A DNA stretch of 64,000 bases from positions 8,509-72,508 of the forward strand of contig DATGZA010000097.1 in assembly GCA_035297365.1 (NCBI GenBank). Direction: 5' to 3'. The DNA is from Nitrososphaeraceae archaeon. Lineage in GTDB: Archaea; Thermoproteota; Nitrososphaeria; Nitrososphaerales; Nitrososphaeraceae. The position numbers and the translations under genes are program-made. Within the stretch, counting starts at the first letter, position 1. Each line of letters begins with the position of its first letter. The notes below the pieces were generated by a model. It did not search any database. It was not told where the DNA came from and saw only the letters and a program-made list of their open reading frames with translations. Of the stretch, positions 30,997 through 41,373 are shown piece after piece.

Positions 30997-32634
30997 ATGG
31001 GATTTAGCATGCGTTATTTGGATATGAAAGCAAAAATCCGTGAAATCAGGATAAATGCTATCAAAGGAATAGCGGAAGCAGGGTCGGGTCACCCAGGTGC
31101 ATCCTTTTCTGCAGCCGAGATAATGGGCGTGTTGTATTTCAGAATATTGAAACACGATCCTTCAAATCCTGAATGGTCAGGACGAGATTATTTTATCAAT
31201 TCCAAAGGGCATTCTGCACCTGGGTTCTATGCAACATTGGCCGTTGCTGGATATTTTCCAACTGACGAAATGAAAAATTTAAGAAAATTCGGTTCAAGAT
31301 TGCAAGGTCATCCAGTTAGATACTCTAAATACCTCGAGAATCATTCTCTACCTGGTGTAGAATATTCTGCAGGCTCTGAAGGTATAGGACTTTCTGTATC
31401 AATAGGAATTGCTTTATCTAATATTATCGATAACAAAAAAAACCGTGTCTATGTTCTATTAGGAGATGGAGAGACCAATGAGGGTCAGATATGGGAAGCT
31501 GCAATGACTGCGCCTAAATTTAAACTTGATAATCTAGTTGTGTTCCTAGATCGAAATAGGATCCAGCAAGATGGATTTACAGAAGATATTATGCCAATAG
31601 ATCCTGTGCGTGATAAATGGCTAGCGTTTAACTGGAATGTAATAGAAATCAATGGTCATAAGATAGAACAAATAATGGATGCATTAAATAAAGCTGGTCA
31701 AATCAAGGACAAACCTACCATTATAATTGCAAACACGATCAAAGGTAATGGAATTAAACATATGGCAAATAACCCTCAATGGCATGGCAGAGCACCACAT
31801 CACAAACAAAGTCCACTATTAATACAAGAATTGGAAGGCGATTATATGATATCTCCATCAATAATCGCTGGTGAAAAGGAAAATTATGAAGAAAAGATAA
31901 GAAAAGCCGAACGTGCTGGGGCTGATATGATTCATCTGGATGTAATGGACGGTAAATTCGTTCCAAACACCACCTTCTTAGCCGATACCATAAAAAAATT
32001 AAGACCTATAACCAATCTCCCATTTGACACCCATCTTATGATTGAACATCCTTACGAATACATTCATGAATATATCGATGCGTCATGTGATATTATTACA
32101 GTCCACGCCGAAACATGCAATGAAGAGCAGTTTATCTGCATAAGAGACAAAGTATTATCTCATGGAATTAGCTTAGGTATTGCTATAAATCCAGAAACTA
32201 CCTTTCCAAAATGGGTGTTTCCTAATCTAAACTCCATTGATGTAATAATAATAATGTCAGTTCATCCTGGGTTTTCAGGACAAAAATTTATTCCGGAAAC
32301 TACATTGAAGATTTTCAATTTAAATAAGATCTTAAAAAATCATGGATTCAAGGGATATATCGAGGCTGATGGTGGAATAGATGCATCTACTGTTCAGCAA
32401 GTTTATGATGCAGGAGCTAGAATCATGGTAGCCGGAAGTGCAGTATTTTCAAATAGTGATATTAATTCAGCTATAATACAATTGAGACATAAAACTAATG
32501 TTACTTTGGAAAGAAATCTTTTACGCAAAGCGGATGAAAATAATATAAGAAAAGATTGGTTAGTTGCACGTAAACATATCTTGATACCACTTGCAAATGA
32601 ACTTGGTATAGAGGATGAAATAAATGAACTCTAG
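30997..32634 (+). CDS. Transketolase N-terminal subunit fused to ribulose-phosphate 3-epimerase
   Basis: SGHPG, LQGHP and GDGE..EG..WEA (TPP-binding), then ISPSI, HLDVMDGKFVPN, DTHLM and EADGG (RPE). Confidence 0.92.
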   Translation: MGFSMRYLDMKAKIREIRINAIKGIAEAGSGHPGASFSAAEIMGVLYFRILKHDPSNPEWSGRDYFINSKGHSAPGFYATLAVAGYFPTDEMKNLRKFGSRLQGHPVRYSKYLENHSLPGVEYSAGSEGIGLSVSIGIALSNIIDNKKNRVYVLLGDGETNEGQIWEAAMTAPKFKLDNLVVFLDRNRIQQDGFTEDIMPIDPVRDKWLAFNWNVIEINGHKIEQIMDALNKAGQIKDKPTIIIANTIKGNGIKHMANNPQWHGRAPHHKQSPLLIQELEGDYMISPSIIAGEKENYEEKIRKAERAGADMIHLDVMDGKFVPNTTFLADTIKKLRPITNLPFDTHLMIEHPYEYIHEYIDASCDIITVHAETCNEEQFICIRDKVLSHGISLGIAINPETTFPKWVFPNLNSIDVIIIMSVHPGFSGQKFIPETTLKIFNLNKILKNHGFKGYIEADGGIDASTVQQVYDAGARIMVAGSAVFSNSDINSAIIQLRHKTNVTLERNLLRKADENNIRKDWLVARKHILIPLANELGIEDEINEL

Positions 32635-33601
32635 TGTAAAGTTTGCAGATATGAGGTCAGCTTATGGGAACGCATTAGCTGAATTAGGTATGATTAACAA
32701 AAACATTGTATGTGTTGGCGCTGACACTACTGATTCACTTAAAACTAAAAAATTTGGCGATAAATTCCCAGAAAGATTTTTCAACATCGGAATAGCAGAA
32801 GCTAATCTAGTTTCTATCGCTGCAGGCTTGGCAATGACTGGGAAAATTGCATTCGCAAGTACCTACGCTGCTTTCTTACCTGGGAGATGTCTAGATCAAA
32901 TAAGAAATGCTATATGTTATCCTGACCTAAATGTAAAGTTAGTTGTATCTCATGCAGGTTTAACTGTAGGTCCAGATGGGGCTTCCCATCAACAGATAGA
33001 AGATATTGCAATCATGAGATCCATACCTAACATGAAAGTAATAACACCTTCAGATGCAGTATCTGTTACAAGACTAATTAAAAACATTGTTGACATTCCA
33101 GGACCTTTCTATATAAGACTTGCTAGACCTTCTAGTGAAATTCTTTATGAAGAAAATGATTCTGACTTTAAGATAGGAAAAGGAAATATTCTACGTGAGG
33201 GTTCAGATATGACTATAATTAGTTGCGGATTAATGGTATACAAATCATTAAAAGCAGCAGATAATCTGAAAAAAAATGGTATTTCTTGTAGAGTTATAGA
33301 TTGCTATTCAATAAAACCTATTGATCGTGATCTTGTGATTGCAGCTGCTAAGGAAACTGGATATATCATCACAATTGAAGAACATAATTACATTGGAGGA
33401 CTTGGCAGTGCAGTTACTGAAATATGTTCTGAAGAATATCCTTGTTATGTTAAACGTCTTGGGATAAAAGATATATTTGGAGAATCTGCACGAGATTCAG
33501 AATTAAATCTCTTGCTGGAAAAGCATGGATTAACCGAAAAAGAAATAGAACGGCATGTTCTATCTACTCTGTATAGAATTAAAAATGGAAATCTTTCTTG
33601 A
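32624..33601 (+). CDS. Transketolase C-terminal subunit
   Basis: FFNIGIAEAN, GPDGASHQ, TIEEH..GGLG. Confidence 0.93.
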   Translation: MNSSVKFADMRSAYGNALAELGMINKNIVCVGADTTDSLKTKKFGDKFPERFFNIGIAEANLVSIAAGLAMTGKIAFASTYAAFLPGRCLDQIRNAICYPDLNVKLVVSHAGLTVGPDGASHQQIEDIAIMRSIPNMKVITPSDAVSVTRLIKNIVDIPGPFYIRLARPSSEILYEENDSDFKIGKGNILREGSDMTIISCGLMVYKSLKAADNLKKNGISCRVIDCYSIKPIDRDLVIAAAKETGYIITIEEHNYIGGLGSAVTEICSEEYPCYVKRLGIKDIFGESARDSELNLLLEKHGLTEKEIERHVLSTLYRIKNGNLS

Positions 33602-34241
33602 TACTGCTAATTTAAAATCTATACGTCATTATAATGAAATGGGCATGGTGGATGGCATCACAACCAATCCTACTCTACTTTCTAAAGAAGATGGTAATCC
33701 AGAAGATATAATGCATGAGATAGTAAATATCGTTAAAGGTCCAGTTAATCTGGAAGTGATAGCAACAGAAACGGAACAAATGATTGAAGAGGCTCACAAT
33801 CTGAAAAAATATGGTTCTAACGTCATAGTAAAAATTCCAATGATTCCTGCAGGATTGAAGGCTGTAAAGCAATTAACTGACATCGGTATAAAGACCAATG
33901 TCACTTTGGTTTTTTCAGCTAATCAAGCTATTCTAGCGGCCAAGGCCGGCGCATCTTATGTCAGTCCTTTTATTGGTAGAATAGATGATTCTGGTCAAGA
34001 AGGCATGGCTATCATTAGAGAAATACATCAAATTTTTAAAAATTATCAATACGAATCCAAAATTCTTGTTGCAAGTATACGACATCCAATTCATGTGATT
34101 GAATCTGCAAAAATTGGAGCTGATGTAGTTACTTTGCCACCTGAAATCTTAGGGAAAATGCTTTCACATCCTCTAACCGATAAAGGACTTAAGATTTTTC
34201 TTTCTGATTGGGAAAATTTGCAGAAAAAGATTATTAGGTGA
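33585..34241 (+). CDS. tal: Transaldolase (TalC/FSA family)
   Basis: IFLDTAN, GITTNP, VKIP, TNVTL.FS, SPFIGR, ASIRHP; start moved to ATG 33585. Confidence 0.93.
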   Translation: MEIFLDTANLKSIRHYNEMGMVDGITTNPTLLSKEDGNPEDIMHEIVNIVKGPVNLEVIATETEQMIEEAHNLKKYGSNVIVKIPMIPAGLKAVKQLTDIGIKTNVTLVFSANQAILAAKAGASYVSPFIGRIDDSGQEGMAIIREIHQIFKNYQYESKILVASIRHPIHVIESAKIGADVVTLPPEILGKMLSHPLTDKGLKIFLSDWENLQKKIIR

Positions 34242-34258
34242 AAATTATCTCATTTTAT

Positions 34259-35830
34259 TTATATCTTAAGTAAATTAATCACTTTCTTTGGAATATCCTC
34301 AACTCTAGTAGCTAATGTCTTATTATAATTCAAATATTTTAAATTGTGACCAATATTTATTAAATCGTTCATATCTTTGCCAACCCCTAGAGCAGCCATA
34401 TGGATAGACATGCTTCTATATTTCAATACCATCTCCTTAACTGCTTCGTAGTTTGAAGGTTCACCGTCTGTTAGCGTGATCATTATGTTTGGTTTGAAGG
34501 ATCTAATAAAACGTAATAAAATTGAATAGATCTCAGCTAACGGTGTACCTCCACTTGCTCTAATTTGAACTAATCTTCTTGCGTTAGATATAGACCATGG
34601 AACCCTTGGAGGTTTTATAAGCCAACATTTTACCCTTTTCGATTCGGTACTAAATGCAAATACAGAAAATTCAATACCTAAATAGTCCAATGCTTCACAT
34701 AATGCAACTGTGGCTTGTTTGTATTTTAATTCGACATCCTCAATACTGCTTGAATGATCAAGTAAAATTACAACTCTTGTTCTAATTGAAATTTTATGAT
34801 CTGTAATGAAAGGTTTATCGTGAGAGTCTAAATATGTTTCTACATCTAATTCTTCTCCTTTATCTTCGTGAACCTCTATCCAACCAGATTTCCAGTCCCT
34901 AAACGCAGATTTTATTTTCTGAATTAATTCTACATCGTATATTTCTGATTCATTTACATCTGTTTTACTTGGTATGCTTATGTCAAAGTTTTCTAAACTA
35001 TCATATCCTTTAGTTTCTGATTTTTTACTTTCCTTTATGAGAGTTTCGTATTCTTTTATTACATCATTTGCTTGTATTATTTCTTTAACCGCTTTATCAA
35101 ATTCCTTATTCATTAGCTTTGATTTAACGATTTTTTCTATCTGTTTTACAAGTTCTGATTTTGTCATACCCATACCTATTTTTGATCTTGGGGAGGTTAT
35201 TGGAATGGACAATAACGGATCTATTTGTAATCTTTTAATAATTTCTTTTACTTGACCATATATCCACTCCGTTCCCCTTCTTCCCTCAATAGCGTCCTTG
35301 ATGCATTGATTTGCATAGTCTGCAGCATTTTTTACTCTCTCAAATTCATTACCAAATAATTCGCCCTTCATATATCCTGTCAGAAAATATTGTGAAAAAG
35401 CTTCAATTAATTTGTGTCTGCCGTAAATAGTGTTTAATAACGGTTTTGTTATCCATGACATGGCTTCGTAGAAAATTATTTCATTAGTCATTCCTTGCCA
35501 TATTTCAAGTCCCAATATTTCAACTCTTTTTGTTTCAAGACAATTAAGAATAAAACCATAAGCATGCTCTTTACTTGATGCCTTAACTTTTGTACAATAT
35601 TTTATCTTCATCGCCTCGTACCAAAGAGTTACTCTCCATTGCCTATACCTATCAAATTCTTCACCATGAAAGTAATTTAATGTAGGAAGAAAGATCTGTT
35701 GTCGGTCTATATCCGTATATGGTTGTTTGTCATCTGATAAAGAAACAATAACCTTTGGATTATCAGACCATCTTCTTGCTAAGAAAGTTGATATATCTAA
35801 CAATATAGAATTCGCCGAAGCTGAATTCAT
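34259..35830 (-). CDS. VWA-domain protein, NorD/CbbO/CobT-like
   Basis: C-terminal MIDAS motif LLDHSSS, GGTP, LTDGEP; N-terminal LN.LE..RVE. Confidence 0.82.
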   Translation of the reverse strand: MNSASANSILLDISTFLARRWSDNPKVIVSLSDDKQPYTDIDRQQIFLPTLNYFHGEEFDRYRQWRVTLWYEAMKIKYCTKVKASSKEHAYGFILNCLETKRVEILGLEIWQGMTNEIIFYEAMSWITKPLLNTIYGRHKLIEAFSQYFLTGYMKGELFGNEFERVKNAADYANQCIKDAIEGRRGTEWIYGQVKEIIKRLQIDPLLSIPITSPRSKIGMGMTKSELVKQIEKIVKSKLMNKEFDKAVKEIIQANDVIKEYETLIKESKKSETKGYDSLENFDISIPSKTDVNESEIYDVELIQKIKSAFRDWKSGWIEVHEDKGEELDVETYLDSHDKPFITDHKISIRTRVVILLDHSSSIEDVELKYKQATVALCEALDYLGIEFSVFAFSTESKRVKCWLIKPPRVPWSISNARRLVQIRASGGTPLAEIYSILLRFIRSFKPNIMITLTDGEPSNYEAVKEMVLKYRSMSIHMAALGVGKDMNDLINIGHNLKYLNYNKTLATRVEDIPKKVINLLKI

Positions 35831-36564
35831 TAATATATAATCATTATTTTTAATATTTTTAATATTTTTAACCGTATCAACTAGAAAAATATGAGATTGA
35901 TTATAAAAATTTTGTTAATTTTTATTCTCAGTTCATAAAAAAAATACAAGAGAAATAAAATTTTACACTGGTATTGAAGAGAGCAGATCAATTATTTCCA
36001 TTTCTATCAAACATTAAATATGTATACAAACCGTCTTTGGGTTATTACGAAACTAGGATGTAGTACACTTCTCACATGTCTGGTCTTCTGCGTCGACATC
36101 TATCTATGGGTTCAGATTTATGTTTCCACAGACATTTGCAAGAATCTTATCGGTATTCAGAAAATAAGCCCATTCATTACCGTTCTTTCTCATTTGATGG
36201 AAATTTATACCTTAGTGTTTCTTGATGAATGTCATAAACAAAATCATCTTCATAAGGTTGTGCCTGTGCACAAATAGTAAAAGATGGAGATGATAAATCT
36301 AAATCCCCGCGAATGATCCAGCGTATAAAATAACCACAGTTTTATTATGAGTAATCATTTATCAATTATCAACAAATTATTTAGAGTTTAAAGGATTATT
36401 AGAAAGATATTTGAAAATAAATTTTTTTGTTTCTAAAAATAGATATAAGTGTAGTAATGTAAATAGAGAATATGTTAGTTATACCAAATTCATGATGATT
36501 TTAGATACTAAAAAGTAAATTTAAATCAGTAATAATAAATAATAGTATTTTAGTCCCCTCTATA

Positions 36565-37374
36565 TCACCCAAATATCGATGTTATCATGTCCATGACTTT
36601 CCTAAATTCTACTTCTCCCCATTGATTATATGCATTGGCAAAAACTATCTCTGCAGATAATTTTGGTTCGGTTCCTATGTTAATTAATTTAGTGAATGCT
36701 ATTGTTTCTCTAAGGCTCGGACCATAATACAATTCTTCAACCGCTGCTGCTTCCCTTAGTATTCTAGCTAATTTAACTGCACGTTGAACTGGCACGATAT
36801 GTTCATTGTCTATCTGTATATGCTGTTTTATAATCTCGAGTTCTATATCTTCAGGCGGATAATCCATGTTTATCCTAATAGGAAATCTACTTAATAATTG
36901 TGGAGGGAGTTCTTTTGTTCCAATATGAGACAACGGATTAATGGTGGCGATCACGAACCAATCTTCATTAGCATGGATTATTTGTCCTTCTGCCTCTTTT
37001 AATATTAACTGTCTTCTATCATCGAGTGCCTCATCTAATCTTAAAAGCATATCGGGTTCAGCTGCATTTAACTCGTCAAGATAAAGTATTCCTCCTTCCC
37101 TCATTGATCTTACCAAAACCCCTTCAATAAAGCTGATTTCTCCTTTTTCGATGGTTTTAGTTCCAATGAGATGAGATTCTCTTGTTCTTAAGCTAAAATT
37201 CACAGAAAAAACCTTTTTTCCTGTCTCTTCTGCAAATTTTCTTACTAGAGAAGTTTTTCCCGTTCCTTTTGGACCAATGATTAAAGCGAATAGCTTCAGT
37301 TGATTAGCTCTATGTAAAATATCGATTGATCCATTCCAATCTAGATATTTGACTACTTCTGTCAGCTCACTCAT
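36565..37374 (-). CDS. MoxR-clade AAA+ ATPase, CbbQ/NirQ/NorQ subfamily
   Basis: GPKGTGKT, LYLDELN, ATINP, LLSRF, C-terminal SLRE. Confidence 0.9.
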   Translation of the reverse strand: MSELTEVVKYLDWNGSIDILHRANQLKLFALIIGPKGTGKTSLVRKFAEETGKKVFSVNFSLRTRESHLIGTKTIEKGEISFIEGVLVRSMREGGILYLDELNAAEPDMLLRLDEALDDRRQLILKEAEGQIIHANEDWFVIATINPLSHIGTKELPPQLLSRFPIRINMDYPPEDIELEIIKQHIQIDNEHIVPVQRAVKLARILREAAAVEELYYGPSLRETIAFTKLINIGTEPKLSAEIVFANAYNQWGEVEFRKVMDMITSIFG

Positions 37375-37392
37375 CTTATTTTACTAGATGTC

Positions 37393-37412
37393 GTTTAATT
37401 TATAAATTAAAC
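37393..37412. promoter_or_regulatory. Perfect 20-bp palindrome over the TATA region of the CbbQ-like gene
   Basis: GTTTAATTTA|TAAATTAAAC, 19-38 bp upstream of ATG 37374. Confidence 0.45.
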
Positions 37413-37426
37413 TGTGATTTATAAAA

Positions 37427-38827
37427 TCAATTTCTTCCTGAACGTAGAATCATTTTTTTATTACTTATGTAATCTGTTAGTAATATTTTGTCTATTGAGT
37501 CTGGATTTATGTAATAAGATCTGCCATTAACATACTTTTCCATTTCATTTACATAATTCAATAGTGAATCTTCCTCACTTATCATTATTGTATCTATCTG
37601 TATTCCTAATTTTTTACATCTTCTTGCTTCCATGATTGTTCGTTCGCCTATAAATTGGTCAACTTGTCTATATCGATAACACAAATAAACTAATTCTCTA
37701 GCATTTACGTCCAGACTCATGTCGTGAGTCTGTTTTATAGAATTTATTAGATCCTTATCTGGCACGTAAAAATGCGAATATGGTCTCAGAGATAATATTT
37801 TTTCTTGCTCACTTTCACTATCAATAAAGCATGCACTGGGATGACCATCAGTAATCAGTACTATTCTCTTGTTTTCAACTGGCTTTTTATCTAAAATTTT
37901 TTTTGCTAGTCTTAAAGCTGCCTGATAATTGGTATAGTGAAGAAAATCAGTTCCAGGTTCAAATGTCTTGAGGTAGGGAATATCTAACGGTTTAATTTTG
38001 GAAGCGAGAGCTCCAAAACCTATAATGTCAATAATATCTGATGGAAAATATTTTCTGTTAAGCAGATATAGTGTCCATAAAGCTTTCTTGGCAGCTTCGA
38101 TTCTACTCAAATTTCCATATAAAGTAGAATATCTCATAGTTGAACTAAGATCAATACAGTAAACAACAGCTACTCTTACATCCCTCATTGTTTCATATTC
38201 TTCAAAATCTTCAATCCTCAATTCTAGAGGAATTTTTATATGGTTGTTATCTTTTGCAAGTCTTTGAATAGAGTTCAATAAAGATTTTGGAACATCAATA
38301 AGTCTAATGTCATCGCCAATTTCATATCGTTTTGTAGTATCCAAAATGATTGTACCGTTTCCAAGATTCTTAGTTTCATGTAATCCAATATCTCCATTTT
38401 TTAATTCATTCAAAACGTCTTGCAATATTTTTCCTCCTATAATTGTAAATCCTCTACTGCTCAACCATTTTTTTGAATCCTTCAAATATCCCTTTTTAAT
38501 AAGGCGAGCAATTACAGGAACTTGTTTTTTTTGCTCTGTCTTTTTTACATTGGATTCGTACCTGTTAGTATTGTATTGATCTACGTCAGGAATATTATTT
38601 TCCAATTTTTTACTTTTTATTAATTCGTGTAATGTTGATTCTACTTCTTCTAACGTAGGGGTCCTTTCCTTTATGATTTCTCTCGCTATTGTTTTAAGTA
38701 TTTCGTTGTGCAGTTCATTGGAGATATTTTGGTCATCTTCTTTTTCCTCATTTGTTTTCGTATCTCGTAATTTGTGATCATATGGAATGTAAACAAAATC
38801 TCTGGAGATGTTATGTTTTATATTCAT
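37427..38827 (-). CDS. VWA-domain protein
   Basis: IDLSSTM MIDAS-like motif, TNYQAAL, ITDGHPSA; overlaps the upstream ATPase gene. Confidence 0.82.
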   Translation of the reverse strand: MNIKHNISRDFVYIPYDHKLRDTKTNEEKEDDQNISNELHNEILKTIAREIIKERTPTLEEVESTLHELIKSKKLENNIPDVDQYNTNRYESNVKKTEQKKQVPVIARLIKKGYLKDSKKWLSSRGFTIIGGKILQDVLNELKNGDIGLHETKNLGNGTIILDTTKRYEIGDDIRLIDVPKSLLNSIQRLAKDNNHIKIPLELRIEDFEEYETMRDVRVAVVYCIDLSSTMRYSTLYGNLSRIEAAKKALWTLYLLNRKYFPSDIIDIIGFGALASKIKPLDIPYLKTFEPGTDFLHYTNYQAALRLAKKILDKKPVENKRIVLITDGHPSACFIDSESEQEKILSLRPYSHFYVPDKDLINSIKQTHDMSLDVNARELVYLCYRYRQVDQFIGERTIMEARRCKKLGIQIDTIMISEEDSLLNYVNEMEKYVNGRSYYINPDSIDKILLTDYISNKKMILRSGRN

Positions 38828-40499
38828 AGATATCTTTTTCTTTCCTATCTAATATAGGATTATCCAAATTTCTTAAACCTTCCAGAACAAGTTCAATTAT
38901 TGATGATTTATATTCTAAATCTTTATAATCGGAAAATAATAATCCATTTAATACAATTTCATTCTTCTTTATCCGATTAACAAAATCATCTTTTTCTTTT
39001 TCCAAACTATTTGATATTTTGTCTATAACCTCAGCTAAAATTGGGAAATTTCTTAATTGATTCTCATAGCTATTTTCAATTACATCAGAACATCTGGTTC
39101 CAATAATTTTTTGCGATACAACAAATTTCTTGTTCTTTTGAAATTCCTCTTTTATTAATTTTATCTGTTCTGAACTTATACTGTCTATGTATTCTTTTGA
39201 AATCATGTTGATTGAATTTGAAATAATTTTATTTAATGTATCTATTCTGTTTTGATTGTTATCTTCCAGTTCAGATAACTCAAATTTTGAGGTCTGATAG
39301 ATACCGTGGATATCTGAAAATCTTGGCACAGCTTTAACTCCGAATATTATAGACCTAATTCTTTCTGCTTCTGAGATAATAACTTCGGTAGAATGTACTG
39401 ACATCCTCACACTTACTCCTTTATCTTGATTGATATCTCCATGTTTTCTAGCCATGCTGGTGATTAATGCTATCGTCTTAAGTATGAAAATAGGTAATAT
39501 GATGTTTTCTGGGTTATCTGGTCTGATCTCTTGAACAATTATCAACATTTCATCAATGATTTTTTGTGGATATCGTGTCTCGATGTGACTACGTAATCTA
39601 TCAAATAAGGGTTCAATTATTTTTCCAGAGTGAGTATAATCAATTGGATTGGAAGTTGCTATTATTTTCAAGTCGGGTTCAAAAAATACGGGGTATGAAC
39701 CAGTCGTAAACTTTCCTTCTTGAAGAATACTTAGTAAAGCAACTTGTTTTCTAGGATCTAATACAGGTAATTCATCTATGCATAAAATACCATGTCTTGC
39801 TTGTAATAATTGTCCTGGGGAATATGACTCAATATTGTATATCTCTACACCTTTTTTAGCAATTTTGATAGCGTCAATTTGTCCTACTAAATCTTTTACA
39901 GATATGTCAGGTGTGGCTAAAATATACCTATATCTATCCCTTCCACTAATCCACTCGATTTTAGTGGCAAGTGCATTATTACGAATAATTTCTTCAGTTT
40001 CCTTTGAAACAGTAAATTTAGGTACATAATGAGATACTTCTTTATCCTCCAACAAGGAAATAAGATCTGGTAGCGGAATCGTCGTTGGAATATCATTTGT
40101 TATTGAACCTCTAACTATTGGAATATGTGAAAGTAAGTTTTTTGATATTGCTTCAGCTAGTTTAGTTTTTGCTTGTCCGATTTGTCCTACAAGTAATATG
40201 TCATGACCTGAAAGGATCGCTCTGTTTATTGCCGGAATTACATCTTCTTCATAACCGATTATTCCTTTGAACGGATTTTCTTCTTTCCTGAGAAATCTAA
40301 TTAAATTGCCTCTGATCTGTTTATCTACTGTTGCATGTTTGTAGTTTATTAATAGCAGTTCCCTCAGGGTTTTTATCCTGTTATATTCTTCTGGAACTCC
40401 TGGCATTATTTCGTTATATTCGGGTTGAGATGAATAAGAGTCAGATACTAATTTCTTTATCTCTTTAAAATCCAACAGATTTCTTCCTATTAAAGACAA
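38811..40499 (-). CDS. Mg-chelatase-I/MoxR-like AAA+ ATPase
   Basis: GIIGYEEDVIP...GHDILLVGQIGQAKT (variant Walker A), CIDELP, ATSNP.DY. Confidence 0.85.
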   Translation of the reverse strand: MSLIGRNLLDFKEIKKLVSDSYSSQPEYNEIMPGVPEEYNRIKTLRELLLINYKHATVDKQIRGNLIRFLRKEENPFKGIIGYEEDVIPAINRAILSGHDILLVGQIGQAKTKLAEAISKNLLSHIPIVRGSITNDIPTTIPLPDLISLLEDKEVSHYVPKFTVSKETEEIIRNNALATKIEWISGRDRYRYILATPDISVKDLVGQIDAIKIAKKGVEIYNIESYSPGQLLQARHGILCIDELPVLDPRKQVALLSILQEGKFTTGSYPVFFEPDLKIIATSNPIDYTHSGKIIEPLFDRLRSHIETRYPQKIIDEMLIIVQEIRPDNPENIILPIFILKTIALITSMARKHGDINQDKGVSVRMSVHSTEVIISEAERIRSIIFGVKAVPRFSDIHGIYQTSKFELSELEDNNQNRIDTLNKIISNSINMISKEYIDSISSEQIKLIKEEFQKNKKFVVSQKIIGTRCSDVIENSYENQLRNFPILAEVIDKISNSLEKEKDDFVNRIKKNEIVLNGLLFSDYKDLEYKSSIIELVLEGLRNLDNPILDRKEKDIYEYKT

Positions 40500-40567
40500 A
40501 ATTTAAACATTATCAGGTAGCTTGCGGATCATAATATTAATTATTACCAGAAATTTGAATTTGATAA

Positions 40568-40672
40568 TCAATGGTTCTCGATTGCCAATTCAAGTAATTC
40601 AAGATAACTCTCATAGTTTGTTTTCTCCTCAGACAGATTGTATTCAGTTTTTCCACAATTGTTTTCAGCCAT
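40568..40672 (-). CDS. 34-aa acidic microprotein upstream of the AAA+/VWA cluster (not in ORF track)
   Basis: MAENNCGKTEYNLSEEKTNYESYLELLELAIENH. Confidence 0.45.
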   Translation of the reverse strand: MAENNCGKTEYNLSEEKTNYESYLELLELAIENH

Positions 40673-40890
40673 TTTAAATGATATCTTTAAAAAAATGTAA
40701 TATAATGGTTATTATAACTAGATCCGCTTGTAATTTTATAATTATTATTTATTCTATAATAATATTTTGAAATATATCTATTTTGGTTGTTTAAAGTGAC
40801 CTATTAAATGTAATTTTTATATTTTATTTTTTCCGGTTCTTGTCTAGTATGATTTTTATTTAGGATCCTAAATTTAGCTTTTAGTTAGAA

Positions 40891-41373
40891 TTGTCATCAA
40901 CAGACTATAAACATATTGTTAGAATTGCAGGAAAAGATATAGAAGGAGAAAAAAAAATAATTGTTGCCCTGAGCAGGGTAAAGGGAATAGGTTATAATTT
41001 TGCCCAAGTATTGCTTCAAAAATTAAATATTAATCCATATATTCGCGTTGGGTTTCTTACCGATAAAGAACTAGGGGATATTGAAATGGCGCTAAAGGAT
41101 CCCAATAAAACTGGAATACCGCATTTTTATTTCAATAGGAGAAAGGATATGGAAACCGGTTCTAATGTGCATATAATTACATCAGATTTAGATTTTATAG
41201 TATCCAATGATATTGAACGTGAGAAAACAGTAATGAGTTGGAGGGGATATAGACATATGTTTGGTTTGAGAGTAAGGGGACAACATACCAGAACGACAGG
41301 CCGAAGAGGAACTGCAGTAGGTGTTCGTAAGAGTGCTCAGGCTGCTCAAAAAGTACAGAAGAGTGGTGAATAA
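40891..41373 (+). CDS. rps13: 30S ribosomal protein S13
   Basis: VRIAGKDI, KGIG, SWRGYRH..GLRVRGQHTRTTGR. Confidence 0.97.
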   Translation: MSSTDYKHIVRIAGKDIEGEKKIIVALSRVKGIGYNFAQVLLQKLNINPYIRVGFLTDKELGDIEMALKDPNKTGIPHFYFNRRKDMETGSNVHIITSDLDFIVSNDIEREKTVMSWRGYRHMFGLRVRGQHTRTTGRRGTAVGVRKSAQAAQKVQKSGE

